From positions 1 through 29,012 of the IMG/VR virus record IMGVR_UViG_3300033069_000976: a DNA stretch of 29,012 nt; one strand, written 5' to 3'. Both the position numbers and the translations under genes were made by a program. Shown here piece by piece: positions 7,208 through 15,297 of the stretch. The notes beneath the pieces were generated by a model. It was given only the letters and a program-made list of their open reading frames with translations. It did no database searches and was not told where the DNA came from. Each line of letters starts with the position of its first letter. Position 1 is the stretch's first letter. Source of the stretch: a virus (Duplodnaviria; Heunggongvirae; Uroviricota; Caudoviricetes; Crassvirales).

Positions 7208-7693
7208 TTAGTATATACCATACCATGCTTGATTTGTGTTTACGTTAACACCTGAAAATGCTATTGTTGGTGATGGTAGTGCTGTTAATGATGAGATAAA
7301 TCCTGCTGTTTTAGCACTATTTGTAAAGTCATTTATTTGATTCTGCACACCTGTTAAGAGCATTGCAATTAGTGGTGCTGTTGTTGTAGCTGAAGAACTC
7401 CATATACCAACAACCATATAAAATCCTGCTGCTGCTGCGTAGGTTGATGAAAATTCCTTACTTCCAATAGTATTACTTGTTGTTTTCTATATATTTCCAT
7501 CATTTGTAGATGAAGCAACTAAAGTAAGAGTCCCACCTGAATTTGTTTCAGTAAGGATAAGATAAAAGCAGAAGAATACAATAAGTACTTGTGTAATAAG
7601 GAATATACCTGTTACTATTAAGGTAACGAACTTTCTTAATGAAGATACTTCATTACCAGTCGCTAGTTCCTTAAAGTACTTCTTTATAGTCAT
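7208..7693 (-). pseudogene. Chimeric holin-N-terminus / tail-fibre-tip ORF interrupted by one in-frame TAG (7487-7489)
   Basis: The two track ORFs (7487-7693 and 7208-7417) share one frame: ...TETNSGGTLTLVASSTNDGNI*KTTSNTIGSKEFSSTYAAAAGFYMVVGIW... The first ~45 aa align with holin 6612 (KKYFKEL..GNEVSSLRKFVTL vs KKFFYELLDSENDRSSKRFITL); the rest aligns with the C-terminus of fibre 8671. Confidence 0.8.
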
Positions 7694-7735
7694 AATATAT
7701 TATTTTTTATTAACTTATACAAATAATTTTATAAG

Positions 7736-8671
7736 TTAATATAAACCCATCCATATTTCAGTAGAAGATGCTGATAATCCTGAAAATAATTGTGGAGAAG
7801 GAATAGCTGTTTGTCCAGATAAAACAGCTTGCATTTTAGCACTATTTGTAAAATTATTAATATAGTTGACACTTGAATTAACACCACCAAGTATAGGTAT
7901 TTGGGTAAATGCAGAATTACACATAATTAGTGCACCTATATAATATCCAGCTGCGGCATTGTATGTAGATGAAAAAGCCTTACTGCCTATTGTTCCAGCA
8001 GAAGCCGCCCAAACATTACCATCATTTGTAGTGCTTGCCACTGTAGTTAATGTTCCACCTGATATCGACATTAAACTTAATCCATTATAATTATTCGCTG
8101 TTATACCACTATTTAAAACCTGTTTCCATAACATACCCGTTAAGAGTGCTGGTTCTGGAAGATATAAAAGGCTGTAAAATACTCTATTGTTAACCAATGA
8201 TATAGTACCTGTTGCTGATCCTAATCCTCCATTTACATTTTGACCTTTAATATTTGAACCTAAAAATTGATAAGCTTTTGTAACTATATCTGTTGATATA
8301 TCTGCTGAACCATCAAAAGAAATACCATTAATTTTTCTTGCTGTTTGTAATGTTGTAGCTGTACCAGCATTTCCTGTTATGGTTGATATTGTCCAGGTTC
8401 TATCAGCAGATAAATCAAAAGCTGTTCCATTAATAGTTAAACTTCTACTTGTCAATACAGCCCCTGATAAAGAGGTTAAATACCCTGCATCATTGATAAA
8501 TAATGATATATTTTCTCCTGTTAAAGCAGTGATTGCTCTGCTATCAGTAAAATATAGGTTTGAACCCTCAGCCAGATTTGAAGTTGAGCAGGTACTTAAA
8601 GAAGAACAAGAAAAAGAACCTCCTGAACCAGTTTGCTTTATATTACCCTGATATGTAAATACTTTTACCAT
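7736..8671 (-). CDS. Tail fibre / appendage protein
   Basis: Phage fibre shaft motifs SNLAEGSNLYFTDSRA, INGTAFDLSADRTW and GNAGTATTLQTARKINGISFDGSADI, followed by a beta-rich C-terminal tip. Confidence 0.8.
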   Translation of the reverse strand: MVKVFTYQGNIKQTGSGGSFSCSSLSTCSTSNLAEGSNLYFTDSRAITALTGENISLFINDAGYLTSLSGAVLTSRSLTINGTAFDLSADRTWTISTITGNAGTATTLQTARKINGISFDGSADISTDIVTKAYQFLGSNIKGQNVNGGLGSATGTISLVNNRVFYSLLYLPEPALLTGMLWKQVLNSGITANNYNGLSLMSISGGTLTTVASTTNDGNVWAASAGTIGSKAFSSTYNAAAGYYIGALIMCNSAFTQIPILGGVNSSVNYINNFTNSAKMQAVLSGQTAIPSPQLFSGLSASSTEIWMGLY

Positions 8672-8672
8672 A

Positions 8673-8978
8673 TTAATTTATTCTGGAGGCACTGCCCATC
8701 ACTACAAATTGTGTTCCTGAAACAGAGGATTTAGCCCATATATAATCTCCATAATCTAAAACATATGGAGTATCATCTTCTACAACATCCTCTGCATCAA
8801 GGGTAAATTTATATAATAATTTTTTTGTATTTGGGATCTTCCTATATAAGTATACTTCTAACACATAAGCATTTAGATTAACAAAGGATAACCCTGTTAT
8901 ATAACTCTGAGTATTAATAGGAGGACCATATATTAAACCTCCTACAGTACTCACATCTCCTTGTGCTGGTATTATCAT
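8673..8978 (-). CDS. Small beta-rich fibre-associated protein
   Basis: Coupled between two appendage genes (ATGA overlap upstream, 1 nt downstream); alternating beta-strand pattern. Confidence 0.7.
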   Translation of the reverse strand: MIIPAQGDVSTVGGLIYGPPINTQSYITGLSFVNLNAYVLEVYLYRKIPNTKKLLYKFTLDAEDVVEDDTPYVLDYGDYIWAKSSVSGTQFVVMGSASRIN

Positions 8979-11842
8979 ACTGTGTTAAGTAATACTATTC
9001 CTGTATATGGTTGTAAAATTATATTTCCTGTTTTTGTTGAACCATCCTTAGCATCTATATAAACTCCTGCTCCAAGAGCAATTGTCTTTCCTACTCCAGT
9101 TTCATTATAATAATGAACAATTTTTGAAGAATTAGCTACGGATAATGGTGAATTAGTGGCATTAGCATCCTTTCCACCAGTAAATGGTAAAGCTTTATAA
9201 GCAGCTAATGTGTATTTTAAATCTACTCCATCATCTACCCACATTTTTGCAGAACTATCATCTATAGGTTTTGCATACCTATTTCCAGTAAGAATCCATG
9301 AAGAAGGTAAAGATGTAGGTATTTCTAAATAAATAGGATATTGATTAGACTCTTTAGCTACATAAGTATTGTTTGTATAAGTATGGGCTAAAGGAGTAAT
9401 ATTTTTAACAACATGACTTCTTAATACTCTTTGTCCACCTAAGAATACGTTATTATTTGTTACATTGTTATAACCACCATTCATAAAGAAACATCCTACT
9501 GTACCAGCTCCATTATAACAGAAATTACCAATAAAGTCTGTATCAGAACTATTTCCATCATTGTATATACAATATCCTTCTAAGTTAGAGTATGGAGTAC
9601 CATCACTAACACCTGGAGCACTTATAACAACATTACCTTGTACCAACCTTCTCTTAGTATGTGTGTCAATACTATCATCTCCATTATTAGGATAATTATA
9701 GATGCTTCCACCATCATCTTTTATATAATTGGTGTTAATAACCACATTATTCACAATCTCAGTACCATCTCCATCCCATCTAATACCTGTATAACCAGAG
9801 TTGGTAATAGAGTTACGATATACTTTACAATTATCTCCTGCAAAGCATACAATTCCACTATAACTTTCATCTCCACTAATACCCATTCCTAGGAGATTTC
9901 CTGCATTGAGTATTATATTATCAGAAATAATAGCATCATCTGTGCTTCCCACATGAATTCCTCCATCATTACATTCTGTGATATTATTATTAATTACATT
10001 AATACCATTACTTTTTCTACGATTAGTGTAGATTGCATTTTTACCAATAAAGCTAAAATTACAATTTTGTACTGTTATACCTGTATTACTTACAAAATCT
10101 GATAAATTAGCAAATACACCATAAGAATTATAACCTTCAAATTTAAGATTGGTTATTTTTATGTAATTGTAATTGTTTAAATTAACACCTATATCTAATA
10201 TAGGAGCTTTAACATTAGTTGGACTAGTAGTACTATATATTGTTATCTTTTTAGTAGTACTATTATAACACCAATCATTCTGGGCAGTACAAGCTTTTAT
10301 ATGATTTTGTAAAAAGAATCCCCACCCAGCTTCTGGAATATATTTAGGATCAGAAGCTGTAAAAGCAATAACATTACCAGATTGACTTGTAACAAGATAC
10401 CTATCTAAATGCCACCTAGCTGTTTTAATAGCTACATCTGCACCAGTCCAGTTAGTTACTGCACTATTTAATTCTGAAGCAGTTATAGTTGTTTGAGAAG
10501 CAGCATCCATTACCCAGTATCCACTCTTAGGCATTTTACCATATGCAGTATTAACCCCATTTATGGATATAATATTACAAGTGGATAAAGCTCCTATAGC
10601 AGAAGAAGACTCCCATAAATTAGTACCAACTGATACCCAAGTATTTATACTGGAAAATCCAGATAATATAGGGTCTACACCTATTCCATATGCTCCAAAA
10701 GTTATTGGATTACCAGATGTTCCAGATCTTGTTATATTTATATTACCATAATGAGTTTGTCCTCTTTTAAATAATACAGAATTTCCTGGTTGTATAGTAC
10801 CTGCTAATAGAGCTGAGTTTACTTTAGTAGTACTTCTCCAAGCAGTTATTTCACTTGTACCATCATTACTATCCACACCAGATATAGAATCAACATAGAA
10901 TGTAGGACTTGTGGTTGTAGAAACTGTCACTGTTAAATCTTGAGTATCTGTATAAGATTCCCAAGGAGCAGCTAACCATATTTGTAATCTAAACACATAA
11001 GTACCTGTTGATAAACCAGTTATTGAAGTACTCACACTATTAGGATTACTTATAGTACAAGCTGGTCCACTAACTTTAGTCCACTGGTAAACCCCTATAG
11101 TTACAGAAGCTGTAGAAGCACTTGTAAGACTTAGAGTAGAGGGATTAGTAACACTTAAAGTTGTTATAGGTATAGTTGGATTTGAAGAAAGAGCTATTTC
11201 TGCATTAAGAGTTGGAATTAACACAACAGGAAATACAGTAACAGTTACATCATCAGTATCTGTTGCTCCATTATTGTCAGTTACTGTTAGTCTAAATATA
11301 TAAGTTCCTTCAACTAAATCAGTTACACTTGTATTAAAAGATGAAGGAGTAACAATTGTTGGAGTATTAGGTCCAGAAACTCTAGTCCATAAATAACTTA
11401 CTATAGTCCCATCAGAATCTGTGGCACTTCCATTAAGTATTGCATTACTAGGTAATTGAACACTTTGATCAGGTCCAGCATTAGCTATAGGTGGAACATT
11501 TATTGGAACTGCTGAATTTACAGTTATGGTTACAGAATCAAACCCTACAGCACCTTGACTATCAGTAGCTGTTAATCTAAATACATAAACTCCCTCAATT
11601 AGATTGGATATAGTTGTTGTTAACAGTATTGGATTTATAATACTAGCTGTTGATGGTCCAGATACCTGGGACCATAAAGTAGACACTATACCAGCATCAA
11701 TAACTGTACCTGTAACCGATACACTACTGGTAGGGAGAGTAATAACTTTATTAACCCCTGCATCTACAGAAGGTGGTAAATTTATCTGCCCAGTCCCTTT
11801 TTTACTACGAGCTAATATACCATTTCTTGCTATACTTCCCAT
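8975..11842 (-). CDS. Three PKD/Ig-like repeats plus a right-handed beta-helix (pectate-lyase-like); putative tailspike/depolymerase
   Basis: Repeats of PxAxAGxDQ...W.xVSGP...L.EGTY.FRLTxTD (about residues 22-308), then FYVDSISGVDSNDGTS...AWRS...PGNSVLFKRG and N-rich parallel beta-helix repeats (INNNITECN, ISDNIILNAG, VYRNSITNSG). Confidence 0.8.
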   Translation of the reverse strand: MGSIARNGILARSKKGTGQINLPPSVDAGVNKVITLPTSSVSVTGTVIDAGIVSTLWSQVSGPSTASIINPILLTTTISNLIEGVYVFRLTATDSQGAVGFDSVTITVNSAVPINVPPIANAGPDQSVQLPSNAILNGSATDSDGTIVSYLWTRVSGPNTPTIVTPSSFNTSVTDLVEGTYIFRLTVTDNNGATDTDDVTVTVFPVVLIPTLNAEIALSSNPTIPITTLSVTNPSTLSLTSASTASVTIGVYQWTKVSGPACTISNPNSVSTSITGLSTGTYVFRLQIWLAAPWESYTDTQDLTVTVSTTTSPTFYVDSISGVDSNDGTSEITAWRSTTKVNSALLAGTIQPGNSVLFKRGQTHYGNINITRSGTSGNPITFGAYGIGVDPILSGFSSINTWVSVGTNLWESSSAIGALSTCNIISINGVNTAYGKMPKSGYWVMDAASQTTITASELNSAVTNWTGADVAIKTARWHLDRYLVTSQSGNVIAFTASDPKYIPEAGWGFFLQNHIKACTAQNDWCYNSTTKKITIYSTTSPTNVKAPILDIGVNLNNYNYIKITNLKFEGYNSYGVFANLSDFVSNTGITVQNCNFSFIGKNAIYTNRRKSNGINVINNNITECNDGGIHVGSTDDAIISDNIILNAGNLLGMGISGDESYSGIVCFAGDNCKVYRNSITNSGYTGIRWDGDGTEIVNNVVINTNYIKDDGGSIYNYPNNGDDSIDTHTKRRLVQGNVVISAPGVSDGTPYSNLEGYCIYNDGNSSDTDFIGNFCYNGAGTVGCFFMNGGYNNVTNNNVFLGGQRVLRSHVVKNITPLAHTYTNNTYVAKESNQYPIYLEIPTSLPSSWILTGNRYAKPIDDSSAKMWVDDGVDLKYTLAAYKALPFTGGKDANATNSPLSVANSSKIVHYYNETGVGKTIALGAGVYIDAKDGSTKTGNIILQPYTGIVLLNTV

Positions 11843-11847
11843 TATAA

Positions 11848-12144
11848 TTATTTTTTATCACCGTCAAGAGTCCATTCTCTTGCTGATATTTTTATTAATA
11901 CAACTGCTGAAAATATGTCTGAAATTTCCCATTCATTTCTAGCACTTCTAATATTTGAAGTACTGTCACTTACAAAAAATACTCTACCTTTTCCATATCT
12001 TCTTACAAGAATCTCAGATTCTAAAGAAGCTGTAGTTGCTGGAACTACTATAGTTACATCGTTAGGACTATCTACTATAAGATGTTTTCCTTTATCAGAT
12101 GCAAGTATTGTGTAATTCCCTGTTATTTTTTTAATCGCTGCCAT
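11848..12144 (-). CDS. Stand-alone copy of a tail-fibre module (98 aa)
   Basis: TGNYTILASD...RRYGKGRV...IRSA...SAVVLIKISAREWTLDGD aligns with an internal segment of the 704-aa fibre. Confidence 0.7.
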   Translation of the reverse strand: MAAIKKITGNYTILASDKGKHLIVDSPNDVTIVVPATTASLESEILVRRYGKGRVFFVSDSTSNIRSARNEWEISDIFSAVVLIKISAREWTLDGDKK

Positions 12145-12490
12145 TTTTAAATATTTTATTAAAACCTAAATTGAATACTACATTAAATACTAATCCTAAT
12201 ACTACCCATATTCCTATATTTATATACCAAATATATGGTAATAGTATGCAAAACATAGCTAAAAAGCTGAATATCATTAAACTATTAAACACATGATACC
12301 CATCCCAAGGATATTTTGTTAGTGGTAAAAACTTACCTTGTTTCTTAATATCAAAGAAATCTTTCCACTTTGGAAACCATATTGGAAGTTTACCCCCTTT
12401 ATGAAAAAGAATGGTATCAACTATAGATTTACTTATAATTGCTAAAGTTAATAATATACTAATAAACACTATGTTAAGTACGCTTATCAA
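12131..12490 (-). CDS. Membrane protein (start uncertain: TTG 12490 or GTG 12469)
   Basis: Three hydrophobic segments, with the motifs SIVDTILFH and WDGYHVFNSLM. Confidence 0.7.
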   Translation of the reverse strand: MISVLNIVFISILLTLAIISKSIVDTILFHKGGKLPIWFPKWKDFFDIKKQGKFLPLTKYPWDGYHVFNSLMIFSFLAMFCILLPYIWYINIGIWVVLGLVFNVVFNLGFNKIFKNGSD

Positions 12491-12644
12491 AATAATTTTT
12501 AAAGAATAATAGTATTGTTAAAGAACCTGTTACAACAATTAATAAAGCTACTGTAAAAGTAAAAGAACCAATATTAAATGTTGATAATATAAGCATTAAT
12601 ACTATTGTAATCAATAGTAATATCCAAGGATAGAATTTTTTCAT
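12474..12644 (-). CDS. Small two-TM membrane protein (56 aa; ATG 12644 rather than the track's GTG 12701)
   Basis: MKKFYPWILLLITIVLMLILSTFNIGSFTFTVALLIVVTGSLTILLFFKNYFDKRT; ATGA overlap with the upstream small ORF. Confidence 0.65.
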   Translation of the reverse strand: MKKFYPWILLLITIVLMLILSTFNIGSFTFTVALLIVVTGSLTILLFFKNYFDKRT

Positions 12645-12799
12645 ACGCCAAATATTAATACTAATAGGGTAAATAGAGCATAAATACCAACTATAAACCA
12701 CTTAAATAGTTTTTTCTTATTAGTTACTTCTTTATGTACAATAATCCAAGGAATAAGACAAACTATAAAAATAATAATCAATGCTAATAAAGTATCCAT
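12641..12799 (-). CDS. Small two-TM membrane protein (52 aa, not in track)
   Basis: Hand translation MDTLLALIIIFIVCLIPWIIVHKEVTNKKKLFKWFIVGIYALFTLLVLIFGV*; two TM segments around a KKK loop; TGA overlaps the next ATG. Confidence 0.65.
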   Translation of the reverse strand: MDTLLALIIIFIVCLIPWIIVHKEVTNKKKLFKWFIVGIYALFTLLVLIFGV

Positions 12800-12865
12800 A
12801 TTTTTTAATTTTAAACTAATTTAAACTCCACCTACTGAGCAGAAATTTAAAATAGTCATTAATTC

Positions 12866-13075
12866 TTAGCCAAAAGAACTAATAATGTATCCAACAGCTA
12901 TTCCAGCTAATGCAGAAGCATCTGTTTCTGAAGGATTGTCATTAATAGCACTTTGAGCATTAATTTCAGCAACATCAAAGTCTGTTTGTCCACCTGTTGC
13001 TCCTTGAGCTTTTACTATTAGGCTATAAAAAGCATCTTCTAATAGTAGTTTCATTACATTTTCTTTTAAAGTCAT
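12866..13075 (-). CDS. Hypothetical protein (69 aa)
   Basis: ATG after an A-rich leader, 23 nt downstream of the fibre stop. Confidence 0.65.
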   Translation of the reverse strand: MTLKENVMKLLLEDAFYSLIVKAQGATGGQTDFDVAEINAQSAINDNPSETDASALAGIAVGYIISSFG

Positions 13076-13098
13076 TGTTTTTTGTTTTTATTTAATTA

Positions 13099-15213
13099 TT
13101 AAGGATAGATTCTTATTTCAATTGCTGTATTTTGTAGTGTCTCATCTACTCCTGAAAATGCTACGGCATCATTTGTATTAATGCCTATAGTTGCTGTAGA
13201 ATGTATAATAAATCCAGTAATATTAAATGTTGCACCCGCCACTTGGTTCTGATTTGAAATATACACCTGAGTTTTATTAGCAGTAAACGGCCCCCCAGAA
13301 GTAGCATTTATTGTATAATCACCTACAGAAACTCTGCTCGTTGTATAGCTTACACCAGTTGTATTTTCAAATATTGTAAATGTTGGTGCACTTGTACCTG
13401 TTTGAGTTAAGTTACCAACTAATACTTGATAAGGTCGAGGGTCAGGTTTATTAGATAGTTTACCAGTATTATCACATACTACCATTTTAACTGTTCCTGT
13501 GGTAGAAGGAGCTGTTGAATCTGTATCTAAACTATTTATTGTAACTTCTCCAGAATATGATATTTTAGCAATATTTATAGGTGTACCATTAACATCATTT
13601 TGTATTTCTAAAATGTTTCCTGATGTTTGATTAGCTAGCTGATGTAGTTTAAAACCTTCATTAGTTGCATTTGTAATTAATTTTAAAGCTCTACTATCCA
13701 TAGTACCAAAAGTAGAATGAGCACCACCTATTAATACTCTATCTGAGTGAATATAAAAAGCAGAACCTGTAATAAATGTAGTTAGATATCCATCACTTCC
13801 ATATAAACTACCACCTGACAAATACATACTAGCATATCTAAATCCTAATGAAGTATTTGATTTAAATTGAAGTGTATTAGATTTACCTCCTACAGTAATT
13901 CCATCATCTTCTATTCTTAATGTACCATTATTTAAAATAGAAAATCTATCTAAAGAATTCGTAACATCTCTAATACTAAAATCACCTCCATCTGTATATG
14001 CTAAGGCATGAGTTTTTGCTCCTGCTGCATTAGTTAATTTAAGCATATTACTTTGTCCTAACGAACTAGTAGCTATATTTAATTCTCCACCATTACTGAT
14101 GGTCCAAATACCACTCATAAAACCTGTATTAGCCCCTACATAAAAGTAGTTGCCAACTCCAGGATTTGCTTCATCTGAAACTTTAAATATATTAGTAGAT
14201 GTAGAAGGTCCTTGGATAGACATTAGAGATTTAGTATCGTCTGTAGATACTAATTCTAAAAGTCCATGAGTATTTGCAGGGTCATATGTAAAACCTGTTG
14301 CTCCACCAAAAGCTACACCTCCATCGTTAAATTGTAATTCTCTATCATTACCACCTGGTGTAGTAGTATTTGGAGTTCCTATATCTCCAAATAAATACCA
14401 TTCTGTAGCAGATACTTTAATAAGAGTAGCACCACTACCCTTAGTAGTTAAATTAGTAGCTCCATTAGCTGATAGTATAATAGTTGCTCCAGCAGGTAAG
14501 ATATTTACCTCTCCAGAACCTCTTCTTGCAAAGATAAATGATGTTCCTATTGAAAAAGCTACAGCAGAGTCAACGATAAAATCTTCATCTGTAGCAGCAT
14601 GCATTTCAAATAATGTATCAAAGTCTGCATCTTCTAATTGTAGAGTATAACTAGTTGTTTTAGTAGATATAACTGTAGGAGTAGCAGGGGGAATATCAGA
14701 AAGTAAAGCTAAAGTTCCAGAGTTTGCTGGAAATTCAACTGTATTTCCTGAAACTAAAGATGCTCTTAGTGTAATTTTATAACCTAGAGAATTTGTTAAT
14801 AATATTTTAGGTTCAGTATCAACACCAAAAAAAGAATTAACAGTGTTATCAGTTGCATATATGTCAATATATGAATCATCACCAAATAATACTATATTTT
14901 GATTAATAGCTGTATTTCCCTCATCCAGTACACTTTGTAAATCTTGGGTCCCACCTGGTCCACCTGTAGGTGTATATATAAGTTCCCAAACTTGAGTTGT
15001 ATTATTCCAATCCCAGATAGTACCATCTGTGGTATTTAAGTATATAGCATGTGTATGCCCAGGATCATTTAAAGGATCATTACTACCATACAAGAACTCA
15101 AAAGTACTTGATTGAAGATGGCAAAGTGTCCGATAAACAAACCTAAACCTATTATTTATGTCTGGAGCCATATTAGCTTGCCAGCGTAAAGGTTTATAAT
15201 TACAGATATTCAT
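13099..15213 (-). CDS. Tail fibre protein (704 aa)
   Basis: QDLQSVLDEGN motif, TPGGNDRELQFNDGG...FGG motif, G/T/S-rich beta repeats, and C-terminal LTQTGTSAP...IEIRIYP module, all typical of Bacteroidota phage fibres. Confidence 0.8.
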   Translation of the reverse strand: MNICNYKPLRWQANMAPDINNRFRFVYRTLCHLQSSTFEFLYGSNDPLNDPGHTHAIYLNTTDGTIWDWNNTTQVWELIYTPTGGPGGTQDLQSVLDEGNTAINQNIVLFGDDSYIDIYATDNTVNSFFGVDTEPKILLTNSLGYKITLRASLVSGNTVEFPANSGTLALLSDIPPATPTVISTKTTSYTLQLEDADFDTLFEMHAATDEDFIVDSAVAFSIGTSFIFARRGSGEVNILPAGATIILSANGATNLTTKGSGATLIKVSATEWYLFGDIGTPNTTTPGGNDRELQFNDGGVAFGGATGFTYDPANTHGLLELVSTDDTKSLMSIQGPSTSTNIFKVSDEANPGVGNYFYVGANTGFMSGIWTISNGGELNIATSSLGQSNMLKLTNAAGAKTHALAYTDGGDFSIRDVTNSLDRFSILNNGTLRIEDDGITVGGKSNTLQFKSNTSLGFRYASMYLSGGSLYGSDGYLTTFITGSAFYIHSDRVLIGGAHSTFGTMDSRALKLITNATNEGFKLHQLANQTSGNILEIQNDVNGTPINIAKISYSGEVTINSLDTDSTAPSTTGTVKMVVCDNTGKLSNKPDPRPYQVLVGNLTQTGTSAPTFTIFENTTGVSYTTSRVSVGDYTINATSGGPFTANKTQVYISNQNQVAGATFNITGFIIHSTATIGINTNDAVAFSGVDETLQNTAIEIRIYP

Positions 15214-15297
15214 AGATATTTATTAGAGTGAGTGGTAAAATTAGTTTATTATCCTGTAAAAACCAAGGGATTTTAAAGATTTTGACCTTATATAGCA

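Noticed and set aside
7487-7489. TAG readthrough as evidence of genome-wide stop-codon reassignment, known in some crAss-like phages
   Set aside because: The 2591-aa and 1970-aa ORFs and all other late genes are intact under the standard code. The single TAG aligns to Trp (TGG), not Gln, and the RNR gene ends in TAG followed by a terminator.
7708-7741. 12-bp AT-rich inverted repeat over the fibre stop codon
   Set aside because: Almost all A/T, with no U-tract on the transcribed (-) strand, so not supportable as a terminator.
7208-8060. The two fibre-tip copies as a DGR template/variable repeat pair
   Set aside because: Differences are spread over all four bases and include many synonymous changes and an indel, rather than being adenine-specific. 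No reverse transcriptase in the window.
15214-15297. 83-nt gap between the cargo gene and the fibre gene as a late promoter or terminator
   Set aside because: No convincing hairpin or TAnnTTTG box, and no motif repeated upstream of other late genes that I could identify.
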